From: an uncultured Bdellovibrionales bacterium
Lineage (GTDB): Bacteria > Patescibacteriota > Minisyncoccia > Moranbacterales > UBA1568
Reading direction: 5' to 3'
Assembly: GCA_964594215.1 (NCBI GenBank)
Contig: CAZQLN010000001.1
Coordinates: 103,638 to 167,637, forward strand
DNA: 64,000 nucleotides
The notes beneath the pieces are model-generated. The model was not told the DNA's origin. It saw nothing but the letters and a program-made list of their open reading frames with translations, and did no database searches. Positions 1 to 9,822 of the stretch are shown one piece after another. How positions within the stretch are numbered: the stretch's first letter is position 1; the number at the start of each line of letters is the position of its first letter. The position numbers and the translations under genes were made by a program.

Positions 1-2
1 GT

Positions 3-338
3 TCAATCTACATCTTGAATATGGGAGAGTTAATTAATATTTATGAAGTGGCTGAGTGTCTAGTGCGATCAAAAAATCTTATCCCAGGAGAAGATGTTGA
101 AATGCGTATCACAGGTCTTCGTAAGGGCGAAAAAATGGTTGAAGAACTATACACGGAAACGGAGAAAGGAAAAATTTCTCGAGGAAGTATGAAGGATATT
201 TTTCTTTTGAAAAACCTTGATGAATGCCCCGAAGATATTGTCGAGTTTATTGCTGAGCTAGAAGAAAAAGTGAAGAACAATGCTTCAGCTACAACCTTAA
301 AGAAGGACTTAAGAAGACTTTTCCCATCTATTCGTTGA
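3..338 (+). CDS. C-terminal part of a CapD/PglF-like nucleoside-diphosphate sugar dehydratase (polysaccharide biosynthesis protein); 5'-truncated by window edge
   Basis: Frame open from window start; ILNMGELINIYEVA...ITGLRKGEKMVEELY matches the CapD C-terminal LDMGEPVKI...TGLRPGEKLYEEL signature. Confidence 0.8.
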   Translation, partial: SIYILNMGELINIYEVAECLVRSKNLIPGEDVEMRITGLRKGEKMVEELYTETEKGKISRGSMKDIFLLKNLDECPEDIVEFIAELEEKVKNNASATTLKKDLRRLFPSIR

Positions 339-342
339 GTAT

Positions 343-1236
343 ATGTTGAAGTTAAACAAGTGTAAAATATGTTCATCTCGGAAAATAGCTGTGATTAAGG
401 AGTATGTGGCAACTCCAGCATTAGATGAGACTTGGAAGCAGGCTTTCGAGACAGCACTTCAAGATAAGCAAAGTGTGTCTATTCGGCTCTTTTTATGCTT
501 CTCTTGCGGATTTATTTTCTATGGGGATATCTTAGATGATATAGAGCTTGAAAGACTTTATAGTGAGGAGCATCGTTATAACAAAGCAGAAGTGAGTGCT
601 ACAAAATCTGGGAGGGTTTGGGAGTTACAAAAAATGAACGATTTTGTAATTCGGTATATTACAAAAAGAAGTATTCGAGAGGCTCTCGATGTTGGTGCTG
701 GAGATTTTGTAGCTTTACAAAAGATAGTAGCCTGTCTTCCGGGAGCCCATTTTTCAGCTATCGATCCTTGCTACGATCAGCCGACTTTTGAAAATATCAC
801 TGTTTTTCAGGCGATGCTGGAAAAATTTGACTGCAGAAAGCAATATGATTTAGTGATGGCAGTACATGTTTTAGAACATGTAGGTGACCTTCATGCTTTT
901 ATGAGTCAATTAAGTAAGTTAACTCAGAGGTATCTTTATATAGAGATTCCTTTTCAGGTAGGTCCTGGACTTTTTTTGAGTCGCGGTGTCAATGCACAGC
1001 ATATTAATTATTTTACGCCAGGAACACTGAAGACTCTTTTGAGCTACCATGGTTTTGAAGTTGAGAATGAGGAGTTTAGCACTAACGGCTTTCGCTATAA
1101 TGGAATGCCAGGCATGATTCGGATATTAGCCAAGAAGAGAGAGGGCAGTGAAGTGGCAAAAAAAGTGAACACTGTTTTAGCGAGTATCTACTATCTCTTG
1201 AGTCCAGTAATATTTTTGAAGAGTAAATTTTTCTAA
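343..1236 (+). CDS. Class I SAM-dependent methyltransferase with N-terminal Zn-ribbon
   Basis: CKIC...CFSC; LDVGAG motif I; YDLVMAVHVLEHV; HINYF. Confidence 0.85.
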   Translation: MLKLNKCKICSSRKIAVIKEYVATPALDETWKQAFETALQDKQSVSIRLFLCFSCGFIFYGDILDDIELERLYSEEHRYNKAEVSATKSGRVWELQKMNDFVIRYITKRSIREALDVGAGDFVALQKIVACLPGAHFSAIDPCYDQPTFENITVFQAMLEKFDCRKQYDLVMAVHVLEHVGDLHAFMSQLSKLTQRYLYIEIPFQVGPGLFLSRGVNAQHINYFTPGTLKTLLSYHGFEVENEEFSTNGFRYNGMPGMIRILAKKREGSEVAKKVNTVLASIYYLLSPVIFLKSKFF

Positions 1237-1253
1237 AGATAAAATAAAAAGCA

Positions 1254-2504
1254 GTGTTTAAGAATACCTTATTGAAACTTGAAGAGATAGTGAGGTTTGA
1301 TGCGGGGTATTTTCTTAAAAATGGCTCGTGGGTTACGGTGCGCTATATCTTTATTACCGGAGTAGGACTACTTCTTTCTGTGGCGTTTTCGCGATTGGTA
1401 ACGAAAGAAATATATGGTCAGTACCAATTTGTTATCACTTTTTTTTCTTTCCTCTCAATTCTTTCTCTGCCAGGACTCAACATCGTGACTTTGAGAGAGT
1501 CAGTGGCAGGTAATGACGGAGCTCTTCTGCAGGCAGTCAGAAAGAGTTTTTGGTGGAGTCTTTGGATGAGTGGTATTGCGCTTGGGTATGCTTTCTATTT
1601 GTTTACGACGGGGGAACATGAGTTGGCTTTGGCTATTGGTGTTGGTGGTCTTTTAGCACCTCTCTACTATGCGCCAAACAACTGGTATGTCTTTTATGAG
1701 GGTAAAAAAGATTTTCGTTCTTCGTCATTGCGCATTATTTTCATGCAAATCTGCCTCCTTATTCTGATGTGTGGAGCGCTCTTGTTGGGCTTTGGGCTGA
1801 GTGCTTTGATAGCGTTATATTTTTTGGTTCCGGCTCTGCTAGCTTTGTATTACTTTTTAGAGGTGCGAACAGTGATTTTGGCCAGGAAAGATGCGGTTAA
1901 ACAAAAACCATTAGATACGGTGCTTGGTATGATGGTCACTCTTCAGAAGTATATATCTGGATTAGCGGAGAATATGACAGTACTTCTTGTCTCATTTCTT
2001 TTTGGTTTTGAGTTGCTAGCTGTTTATCAAATCACGAGTATAGCAGTGTTGGCGGTGGCTGGTTTTATAGGGGCACTACTTTCATTATATTTTCCACATA
2101 TTATGACTGGTGGGGAGAAACTAAGTTTGAAAAATATTGGGTACAGTCTTCTTGCTGGAATACCGAGCAGTTTTCTTTTTCTATTTTTTCTCTACTTTCT
2201 TTTCTTACCTTTATATGGAGAGGCGTACCAAGAAAGTCTTTGGCTTGGTTATGCTTTGACGGGAGTAGTCTTCCTTATTCCATTGAAGACTTTTCTGGTT
2301 AATTTCTTTACCGTTCACAAAGAGAATCTGGCCGTGATTGGAGCAAATGTTTTTGCGGGAACTGTGTTAGTGGTGGCACTGTTTGCCACACGGTTACTTG
2401 GGTTTCACCAGAGTTTGATTATTTCTCTGTACAGTCTCCAACTGGCGCTCATTCTCTCTCTACTCATTTTTAGCTTGTTTCGGTCTCAAAGAACAAAGAA
2501 ATGA
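1254..2504 (+). CDS. Wzx-type oligosaccharide flippase
   Basis: About 12 hydrophobic segments; N-terminal FLKNGSW...SRLVTKEIYGQY typical of Wzx/RfbX; glycan cluster context. Confidence 0.8.
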   Translation: MFKNTLLKLEEIVRFDAGYFLKNGSWVTVRYIFITGVGLLLSVAFSRLVTKEIYGQYQFVITFFSFLSILSLPGLNIVTLRESVAGNDGALLQAVRKSFWWSLWMSGIALGYAFYLFTTGEHELALAIGVGGLLAPLYYAPNNWYVFYEGKKDFRSSSLRIIFMQICLLILMCGALLLGFGLSALIALYFLVPALLALYYFLEVRTVILARKDAVKQKPLDTVLGMMVTLQKYISGLAENMTVLLVSFLFGFELLAVYQITSIAVLAVAGFIGALLSLYFPHIMTGGEKLSLKNIGYSLLAGIPSSFLFLFFLYFLFLPLYGEAYQESLWLGYALTGVVFLIPLKTFLVNFFTVHKENLAVIGANVFAGTVLVVALFATRLLGFHQSLIISLYSLQLALILSLLIFSLFRSQRTKK

Positions 2505-2508
2505 GGCA

Positions 2509-2517
2509 TGGTATACT
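2509..2517 (+). promoter_or_regulatory. Extended -10 promoter element (TGGTATACT)
   Basis: TGnTATACT in the intergenic gap upstream of the 2541-9822 operon. Confidence 0.5.
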
Positions 2518-2540
2518 AGTAAAATATTGATAATTATTCT

Positions 2541-3470
2541 ATGCAAGTAAACAATTATTTTGTGAACGTTCTATGTCCTCTCTGTAAAACGGATAAGTAT
2601 TCAGTTGTCTACTCAGGTACTTTTCCAGAAGCATTTGATCAGGAATTTCTTAAAGATATATACCGATCTTCGAGTGAGCATGCTCTTTTTGAACAAGTGG
2701 TACGTTGTAGCAATTGTTCCCTCGTATACCTTAATCCTCGTCTCAAAGAAGAGCTGATTGTGGGTTCGTATGCCGAAGGAGAGGATCAGGTTTTTATCTT
2801 GCAGGATGATATGCGCATCCGGACTTTCAGAAAGTCTTTGCGGAACTTGCTGAAAAATTTTGGAACTGCGACTCAGGGTGAAGTCAAGATTTTAGATGTA
2901 GGTTGTGCAGGGGGTGCTTTTTTGCGGGCGGCTCAGATGGAAAATTTAGTAGCTACGGGTGTTGAGCCCAGTAAGTGGCTTGGTGACTATGGTAGGACAC
3001 AGTACGGGCTGGATATCCGTACCGGAGTGTTAGAGGGACAAGACTTTTCGCCAAAGAGTTTCGATATAATTACAATGTGGGATGTGATTGAGCATGTCCC
3101 AGATCCTGACCGTGATTTGAAGCACATTGCTACTCTACTCAAGGACGACGGTATTTTTGTGGTGAACTATCCGGACTTCGGTAGTTTGCCAGCGAAGCTT
3201 CTTGGACGTCGTTGGCCCTTTTTACTAAGCGTTCATTTGGTTTACTACACGCCAAAAACTATTCGCAAACAGTTGACTTTGGCTGGTTTTGAGGTTATTG
3301 ATCTACGAAGGCACTGGCAGACCCTTGAGCTAGCCTATGTTCTCAATCGAGCTGGCCACTACTTCCGTATTTTCCATTGGTTCGAGAAAGGAGTGACTGC
3401 CTGTGGTCTTGGTAAGTTACCGGTGACATACTGGATTGGTCAGACACGAGTAATTGCAAAGAAATGTTAG
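2541..3470 (+). CDS. Class I SAM-dependent methyltransferase with N-terminal Zn-ribbon
   Basis: CPLC...CSNC LVYLNPR; LDVGCAGG; FDIITMWDVIEHVPDP. Confidence 0.88.
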   Translation: MQVNNYFVNVLCPLCKTDKYSVVYSGTFPEAFDQEFLKDIYRSSSEHALFEQVVRCSNCSLVYLNPRLKEELIVGSYAEGEDQVFILQDDMRIRTFRKSLRNLLKNFGTATQGEVKILDVGCAGGAFLRAAQMENLVATGVEPSKWLGDYGRTQYGLDIRTGVLEGQDFSPKSFDIITMWDVIEHVPDPDRDLKHIATLLKDDGIFVVNYPDFGSLPAKLLGRRWPFLLSVHLVYYTPKTIRKQLTLAGFEVIDLRRHWQTLELAYVLNRAGHYFRIFHWFEKGVTACGLGKLPVTYWIGQTRVIAKKC

Positions 3471-4123
3471 GACAAAAATCTCAAATAAAGGCCGTTATCT
3501 TTGATATGGATGGCGTTCTTTTTCTTTCCACAGATTGTCATGAAGAAGCCTTCCGTCTCACTTTAGGCAAGAAAGATTCACAAGCTTTTGTTTACCATGA
3601 GATAGCTGGGATGCGAACAGATGAGGCCTTCCGTTTCTTTTATCAAAAAAACCAGATCCCTTTTGATGAGGAGTTGATTACAAAGCTAGTAGAAGAAAAA
3701 AGAAAAAATGCCATCCGTTTACTTAGAGAAAAGGGAAGGGTGGCTACTGGAACTCGAGATCTTTTAGAGAGATTAGCATCTCAGTATCGACTCGTATTAG
3801 CGTCATCGGCCTCTCTACCAACGATTGAACTTTTTTTATCTTTGAGTGAGACTCGTGACCTTTTTGAGTACGTTCTTGATGGCTCGATGGTAAAACAGGC
3901 AAAGCCAGCTCCTGATGTTTATCTTTTGGCAACAGAGAAGCTGAATCTGCTACCAAGGGAATGTGTAGTTATTGAGGATGCTCTGAAAGGAGCGGAAGCC
4001 TCCTTTCGAGCGGGTATTCCACTTATCATTGTTACAACATCAGATAAAAAGACAAGTTTTTTACAGTTTAATCCAATTATGATAGTATCTGAAGTACGGG
4101 AGGTGGGCAAAATCTTGCTTTAA
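3464..4123 (+). CDS. HAD-superfamily phosphatase / beta-phosphoglucomutase-like
   Basis: AVIFDMDGVL (DxD), KPAPDVY, CVVIEDA motifs. Confidence 0.88.
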   Translation: MLGQKSQIKAVIFDMDGVLFLSTDCHEEAFRLTLGKKDSQAFVYHEIAGMRTDEAFRFFYQKNQIPFDEELITKLVEEKRKNAIRLLREKGRVATGTRDLLERLASQYRLVLASSASLPTIELFLSLSETRDLFEYVLDGSMVKQAKPAPDVYLLATEKLNLLPRECVVIEDALKGAEASFRAGIPLIIVTTSDKKTSFLQFNPIMIVSEVREVGKILL

Positions 4124-4135
4124 ATAAGGCTAAAT

Positions 4136-4933
4136 ATGCGCAGATTTACTACTTCTTTTCCTCAAGAGTACCAGACAACCCCTTTGGAAAAGGGGAGTTG
4201 GACAGCTGTTATACCAGCTGCCGGGAAGGGTACTCGGCTTGCTTATTCTCAGGCTAAAATTCTTTTCCCTGTTAACGGAAAGCCAATAATTGAGCATATT
4301 ACTTCGCTTTTGAATCCCTTTGTGAGTGAGGGGATTTTTGTTTTTTCACCCAAAAACAAAGAAGATGTAGAAAAGGCTGTATACCAAGGATTTGAAAAAG
4401 AAAAAAAGGTGGTGATTGAGAATTCTCTAGGTATGGCTCACTCCATAGAGGCAGCTCTCCCCTTTGTAGAGACATCGTATGTCATCGTTATGTGGGGTGA
4501 TCAAGTGGCCTTGAGTCAATCCACCATAAAAAACATGATGGAAATGATGCAGTCGGAATTGACACCAGACTGCGTTTTAGCGCTTTTTGAACAAGAAAAT
4601 CCCTATGTGCATTACGCCCAAGGTATCGATGGCAAATTAGAAGTTGTTCTCCAAAAACGCGAAGGAGATACTATGCCGGCCCAAGGTCTTGCTGATGCGG
4701 GTGTTTTTGTTTTTCGTACGGAGAAGCTGAAGAAGCTTTTTGAAGTTTTTTCTCAACAGACAGCTCCAAGGGGCAAGCTAACAGGTGAGTGGAATTTCCT
4801 TCCTCTGTTACCCTGGTTTGATCAGGCATCTAATGGTATCCTAGCGTACCATCTTCCAGATAGAGAAGAGGCTCGGGGAATTAACTCAAGAGAGGATGCT
4901 CTTGAGGTGGAACAATGGATGAACAGTAACTAA
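4136..4933 (+). CDS. Sugar-phosphate nucleotidyltransferase (GlmU N-terminal domain-like)
   Basis: AVIPAAGKGTRL...KILFPVNGKPIIEH; WGDQ; GINSRED; no hexapeptide acetyltransferase domain. Confidence 0.85.
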   Translation: MRRFTTSFPQEYQTTPLEKGSWTAVIPAAGKGTRLAYSQAKILFPVNGKPIIEHITSLLNPFVSEGIFVFSPKNKEDVEKAVYQGFEKEKKVVIENSLGMAHSIEAALPFVETSYVIVMWGDQVALSQSTIKNMMEMMQSELTPDCVLALFEQENPYVHYAQGIDGKLEVVLQKREGDTMPAQGLADAGVFVFRTEKLKKLFEVFSQQTAPRGKLTGEWNFLPLLPWFDQASNGILAYHLPDREEARGINSREDALEVEQWMNSN

Positions 4934-4940
4934 TACGTCT

Positions 4941-7001
4941 ATGGAAAGTCAATCAACCAACAAAAAACTCTCAGTGGTCATGTTTTCTGGAGGACGTGGG
5001 ACGGGCGCTCTGACCGAGGCATTACTACGTTATCCAGATATCAAACTCAGTCTGTTGGTGAATGCCTACGATGACGGACTTTCTACAGGGCTTTTACGTC
5101 GTTTCATACCCGGCATGCTGGGGCCATCAGATGTTCGCAAGAACCTATCTCGCTTTCTTGAACCAAAGAAAGATCAGACTTCAGAAACACTCCGGTTTCT
5201 TATGGAGTATCGTTTCCCCGAAACCACTACCGCCGCTGAGGCTATAGAGGTAATGGAGGCTTTTGTCCAATATCCAAACAACAACATTCGACACGAACTG
5301 CTTGCTAAGAAGGAGTTGCTACCACTCTCTCAGCTACGTATTTTGAGTCAGTACCTTGAAGCATTTTTACATTTTTATAATGAAAAACGAGAGGCTTTTA
5401 GTGAGGGGTTTCCTTTTGGAGATATGTCCTTCGGTAACCTCATTTTTGCTGGGGCCTATCTCAAGAACGATCAGGACTTCAATAGAACCATCGTTGATCT
5501 TTCAGCCTTTTTAGGAGTAGCAACAGATGCAGTCATTAATCTGACAGAAGGAGAGAGTCTGATTCTTACGGCTCTCAAAGAAGATGGGCGGTACCTCCAT
5601 GATGAAGCCAGTGTTGTTGGTCCTCAGGATGCCTCTAAAATTGCTGAAATTTTTCTGTTACCACGTTTTGTGAAGGCAGATAGCTTAGGTCAGTACCAGA
5701 TAGATAATATACGCTACCTTCGCAATATTGAGACTTTGCCACATATCAATTCTCAAGCCGAAAAACTGCTCCGAGAGGCAGATATCATCATCTATGGGCC
5801 CGGTACTCAATATTCATCACTTTTTCCATCTTACCTCACTTCAGGGGTTGCTGAAGCCATCCTAGCTAACACAGAAGCTGAGAAAGTCTTTATTGGTAAC
5901 ATCGCTAAGGATCACGACATTCTAGCTGAAGATGCTAATAGTCTCGTCAAAGCCTTTCTTTTTAATATGGGGCGCAAGGTAGAGGGAGCTGTCCGTTGTC
6001 AGGACCTGGTAACTCGTTTCTTCTTTCAAAAACCAGAAATCACAGATGGTGAGGACAGTTATGTCTCTTTTGACGCAGATGCCTTTGCCTACCCGCTCGA
6101 GAAAGTCTCTTGGATTGACCTTGAAGGCGAGAAGGGCAAGCACTCGGGTTCACGTACCATTACCGAACTACTGCTCATTATTGAGAGCCGTCTGCGTAAA
6201 AAGATTAGGCATGTATCTCAGAAGGTGTCTATTATTGTTCCTGCTTTGAATGAGGAGAAGACCATAGGCGAGGTTATCCGGTCATTGCAGGAGGTTGAAT
6301 TTTTAGGTCTTTCACTGGAGAAAGAAATTATCGTTATCGATGGTTGTTCAAGTGATACTACGTATGCTATCGCAGAAAAAATGGACGTACGTACTTACCA
6401 AACAAAGAAAGGTGGTGGCCGGGGAGAGGCTTTGCGTCTGGGTATTGAAAAAGCCAAAGGGGACCTGATAGTGTTTTTTCCTTCTGATGGAGAGTACGAG
6501 GTACGAGATATTGCCCGACTCATCACACCGCTCATTGATCAGGAGTTTCCAGTAGTTTTTGGGAGCCGTGCTTTCCGTGATACCCGTGATCTGACAGGCA
6601 CACTCAAGCGTGTCTATGGAAGCGATAAACTGCGTTACATGTTGAGTAAGTATGGAGGTATGCTCCTTTCCACCCTCATGCTGTTTCTTTACCACCGCTT
6701 CCTCAGTGATCCACTTACCAGTATGAAGGCTTTTAATGCCAGAGTTTTCCGTGATATGACCTTTTCTCTTCGGGGTGTAGATTTTGATATGGAACTCATT
6801 GCCAAGCTTGTTCGGACAGAACATGTTATCCTAGAGTTACCGGTTAGTTATAATGCCCGTACCATTCAAGAGGGAAAAAAGATTACCATCTTTGACGGGA
6901 TTTTGTGTCTCGTAGCTTTATTTCGTTTTTGTACTTGGTCGCCACTCAAAAAGAAAAAAACTCACTATGCCAAAAGTCTCCATCATCATTCCCGCGTATA
7001 A
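4941..7001 (+). CDS. Fusion: N-terminal CofD/YvcK(GlmR)-family domain + C-terminal GT2 (polyprenol-phosphate glycosyltransferase-like)
   Basis: [50 protein letters not shown] (YvcK/CofD motifs), then [32 protein letters not shown] (GT2). Confidence 0.85.
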   Translation: MESQSTNKKLSVVMFSGGRGTGALTEALLRYPDIKLSLLVNAYDDGLSTGLLRRFIPGMLGPSDVRKNLSRFLEPKKDQTSETLRFLMEYRFPETTTAAEAIEVMEAFVQYPNNNIRHELLAKKELLPLSQLRILSQYLEAFLHFYNEKREAFSEGFPFGDMSFGNLIFAGAYLKNDQDFNRTIVDLSAFLGVATDAVINLTEGESLILTALKEDGRYLHDEASVVGPQDASKIAEIFLLPRFVKADSLGQYQIDNIRYLRNIETLPHINSQAEKLLREADIIIYGPGTQYSSLFPSYLTSGVAEAILANTEAEKVFIGNIAKDHDILAEDANSLVKAFLFNMGRKVEGAVRCQDLVTRFFFQKPEITDGEDSYVSFDADAFAYPLEKVSWIDLEGEKGKHSGSRTITELLLIIESRLRKKIRHVSQKVSIIVPALNEEKTIGEVIRSLQEVEFLGLSLEKEIIVIDGCSSDTTYAIAEKMDVRTYQTKKGGGRGEALRLGIEKAKGDLIVFFPSDGEYEVRDIARLITPLIDQEFPVVFGSRAFRDTRDLTGTLKRVYGSDKLRYMLSKYGGMLLSTLMLFLYHRFLSDPLTSMKAFNARVFRDMTFSLRGVDFDMELIAKLVRTEHVILELPVSYNARTIQEGKKITIFDGILCLVALFRFCTWSPLKKKKTHYAKSLHHHSRV

Positions 7002-7713
7002 TGAAGCCTCCTTTATCGGAGAGCTTCTTCAGTCAATCCGTGCAGTCGATCTTTCATCTATTGGGTTTGAGAAAGAGATCATTGTTGTTGATAATGGCTC
7101 AGTTGATAATACCTCTGAGATTGTCTCTCACTTCGATGAGGTACGTCTGGTCAGGATTGATATCAATCAAGGAAAGGGCACGGGTGTCGCTAGAGGCATA
7201 CAAGAGGCAACGGGAGATTTGGTGCTTATTCAAGATGCTGACCTGGAGTATGACCCAAGAGATTATGCGGTGTTACTCAAAGCTTACACAGATCTTGATA
7301 AAGGAGAACTACGCATTGTATATGGTAGCCGGATACTAGGTGAACGAGAGAATAGTCAGAAGCTGTTTTTTCGTGGTAAACATACAGAAAAATCACTCGC
7401 TACGTATGGAGCAAACTTTCTCCTTACTTTGGTAGCCTACATTCTCTATGGGAAATGGATTACAGACACTTTGACAGGCTATAAAGTATATCCGAGAATA
7501 GCTCTACAGAAACTTCATATCCAGACTACCGGCTTTGAGACAGATCATGAATTGACGAGTAAATTCTTACGTATGGGTGCAGAACTTATCGAGATTCCTA
7601 TTCGCTACTATCCACGAGGAGTAGAGGAGGGTAAAAAAATTCGGGCGAGGGATTTTTTTATTGCCCTTAAAACGTTTTGGCGGTTTTACTTTTCTTCCAA
7701 AGAAACTTTTTAA
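6967..7713 (+). CDS. GT2 glycosyltransferase, dolichol/undecaprenyl-phosphate sugar synthase-like
   Basis: [48 protein letters not shown]. Confidence 0.9.
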   Translation: MPKVSIIIPAYNEASFIGELLQSIRAVDLSSIGFEKEIIVVDNGSVDNTSEIVSHFDEVRLVRIDINQGKGTGVARGIQEATGDLVLIQDADLEYDPRDYAVLLKAYTDLDKGELRIVYGSRILGERENSQKLFFRGKHTEKSLATYGANFLLTLVAYILYGKWITDTLTGYKVYPRIALQKLHIQTTGFETDHELTSKFLRMGAELIEIPIRYYPRGVEEGKKIRARDFFIALKTFWRFYFSSKETF

Positions 7714-7715
7714 GT

Positions 7716-8129
7716 ATGCTCTCATTTTTTGAAAAAAATAAGATACAAATAGAACGCTTCGGGAAGTTTTTGCTTATCGGAGGTTCAGCCCTCCTTATTG
7801 ATATTGCTCTGTACTATGTCTTCACTCGAGAGTTGCACATCTCGTATCTTTTGAGTCGGGCATACTCTCTTTCGGTAGCAATTTTCTGGAACTTCTATCT
7901 GAATCGTATTTGGACATTTACGGCTAGAGGTGGGTCGCTCATAGCTCAGTTTTGGCGGTTTTTGACAGTTATTGGTATAACCTCCCTAGCCAACCTTCTG
8001 TTTATGCATATAGGTGTTTCTGTGCTCGGCTTTCATGATATTGGAGTGATTCTTTTTGTGTCAGTTTTATTAACTTTGGTTAACTTTACCGCTCATTCAT
8101 TTTGGAGTTATGCCATCAAACAAACTTAA
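7716..8129 (+). CDS. GtrA-family lipid-linked monosaccharide flippase
   Basis: Four TM segments; RFGKFLLIG, NFYLNRIWTF, QFWRF, NFTAHSFW; start set at ATG 7716 just after the upstream stop. Confidence 0.88.
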   Translation: MLSFFEKNKIQIERFGKFLLIGGSALLIDIALYYVFTRELHISYLLSRAYSLSVAIFWNFYLNRIWTFTARGGSLIAQFWRFLTVIGITSLANLLFMHIGVSVLGFHDIGVILFVSVLLTLVNFTAHSFWSYAIKQT

Positions 8130-9822
8130 AAACTACTCACATCTTTTTTTACGTTATCAAAAAGTTTGGGGACAAGTACTTCTCCTCATATTTCTTTTGG
8201 TAGCTGAATTTTCAGTCATGCCACTGACTTTCGGTCCAGATCGAAGAATCCATGACCCGGCCGTGTACCGTCTGCAGGATTCAACATATCTTCGAGGTGA
8301 CTGGTACACGGGTATGGCAGTTGAAAGTGGTGTGTATACTTTCTATAGTGCCCTGATTCAAGCCTCTTCTTTTTTGGGTATCGGAGAGGAGCTTTGGCGG
8401 ATGCTTCTCTATATTGTTTGTATGGTAGCCCTCTATGCGTATCTTTTGAAGCTAGCAAGACTTTTTACGAGTAGTTGGTGGACAGTACCTTTGGTAGTGG
8501 TTCTCCATACACTTCTCGTAACCGCTAATCCGCCATTGTGGTTGTATGGCTACTATATTCAAGTTGATGGTGGTTTGGCACCCCGCAGTGTAGCTATGGC
8601 ATTCTCGATAGCGGCTCTCTACTATCTTTTGAGGGCGCCGCGTTATCTTCCTTGGATTCTGCTCGGGCTCTCAACACTCGTGCATGTTTCACACTCTTTT
8701 ATTACATTTGTTCTTTTCTTGGGAGCCTGGTTTTCATACAGGTTGTTCACAGAGTTCCAAAAGAGCAAAAGCTTTAACTTGAGTTTTTATTGGCCAGCTA
8801 TTAAGGAATTTCTTTCTGCAATTTTTCTCTACCTGATCGCGGGAGGGTGGTTTTTGCTTCAGGTATTTTGGTTGAGCTTGCAACAGGCGAGTACCTTTAG
8901 TGCTCAAAAATTTATCTGGGCTTGGGTTTACTTTCGAGCACCGTATATGGTGCTTCCTACAGTGCCTGCGGGATACTGGTTTATACTGACTTTTCATGTA
9001 GCCGCACTTTTTTGTGGGGGTTGGTTAGTGAGAAGGTGGTACGCTAAGCAACAAGCCTTTGTCGACCTACTTCTCTTTGTTGGTCTTTTTGCCTTAGGAG
9101 GTTTTGGCGTCTTCTATCTTTTTGCCTTCATGGTACCGTGGGTTCCTGGTTTTCAATTTTATTCATTGAGACTCATTTATTTCACGTATCTTATTGGGCA
9201 TCTATTCATGGTCTTATTCTTGATGAGTCTGACTCACAAGCTCTGGCAAACAAGAAATATCACCAGCGTAAGTATCTCAGAATGGATTACGTCAGGCTTT
9301 TTGTTAGTCTTTCTAGGGGGAGCTTTGTGGCTTTGTCCTGTTTTCCCAGGCACTAAGTTTGTGATTGAAGCTCCCAGTAATCTTGAAAGAAGTTGGAATC
9401 AGGTATTGAAGCCTGGAGCAGCATTGCCTGAATCAGTCACAGGACTCTTTTTGGCTAATCATCCAGAACCGTTTTTGGCACCACCAGACTGGAATGGTAC
9501 CAGGACGTATCTCCCTGCAGTAGCAAGCTTTAAGACATTTGGCTTTACTCCAGAGGGTCTCGAAGAATGGTATGAGCGTATGGATACTCTTTCCCGGGGT
9601 GAGTTAGAAAAGGCTTACGAGAAGCAGAGTAAGAAAGGGAAGTATAAGCCAGTGTACATTAACTGGAAACAAGCGTATGAAACTTTGACAACTAGTGAGG
9701 TAGAGGAACTTTCCAAAAAATATCACTTCAATCTTTTTCTAACGTATAGAGAAAAAGAATACCCGTTTGAGCTATTGGTAGAAGATGAAGGTTACCGACT
9801 GTATCGTTTGTCTAGTCAGTAG
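8110..9822 (+). CDS. Polytopic membrane protein, probable GT-C-fold transferase
   Basis: About 11-13 TM segments, acidic first loop (DRRIHDP...GDWY), soluble C-terminal domain; directly downstream of GT2 and GtrA. Confidence 0.6.
   Translation: MPSNKLKNYSHLFLRYQKVWGQVLLLIFLLVAEFSVMPLTFGPDRRIHDPAVYRLQDSTYLRGDWYTGMAVESGVYTFYSALIQASSFLGIGEELWRMLLYIVCMVALYAYLLKLARLFTSSWWTVPLVVVLHTLLVTANPPLWLYGYYIQVDGGLAPRSVAMAFSIAALYYLLRAPRYLPWILLGLSTLVHVSHSFITFVLFLGAWFSYRLFTEFQKSKSFNLSFYWPAIKEFLSAIFLYLIAGGWFLLQVFWLSLQQASTFSAQKFIWAWVYFRAPYMVLPTVPAGYWFILTFHVAALFCGGWLVRRWYAKQQAFVDLLLFVGLFALGGFGVFYLFAFMVPWVPGFQFYSLRLIYFTYLIGHLFMVLFLMSLTHKLWQTRNITSVSISEWITSGFLLVFLGGALWLCPVFPGTKFVIEAPSNLERSWNQVLKPGAALPESVTGLFLANHPEPFLAPPDWNGTRTYLPAVASFKTFGFTPEGLEEWYERMDTLSRGELEKAYEKQSKKGKYKPVYINWKQAYETLTTSEVEELSKKYHFNLFLTYREKEYPFELLVEDEGYRLYRLSSQ

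Noticed and set aside
4941-6200. Coenzyme F420 biosynthesis (cofD)
   Set aside because: Motifs are closer to the YvcK/UPF0052 pattern, the domain is fused to a GT2, and no cofE/cofG/cofH genes are in the window.
1430-7000. Homopolymer A/T runs of 7-8 nt as phase-variation tracts
   Set aside because: Short runs are expected in AT-rich Phe/Lys codons, frames are intact, and no long G/C tracts or tandem repeats are seen.
6940-7001. Programmed frameshift joining the fusion protein to the next GT2 at the A-rich run
   Set aside because: The downstream ORF is in the +1 frame, has its own ATG and a normal GT2 N-terminus. A simple 35-bp overlap explains it.
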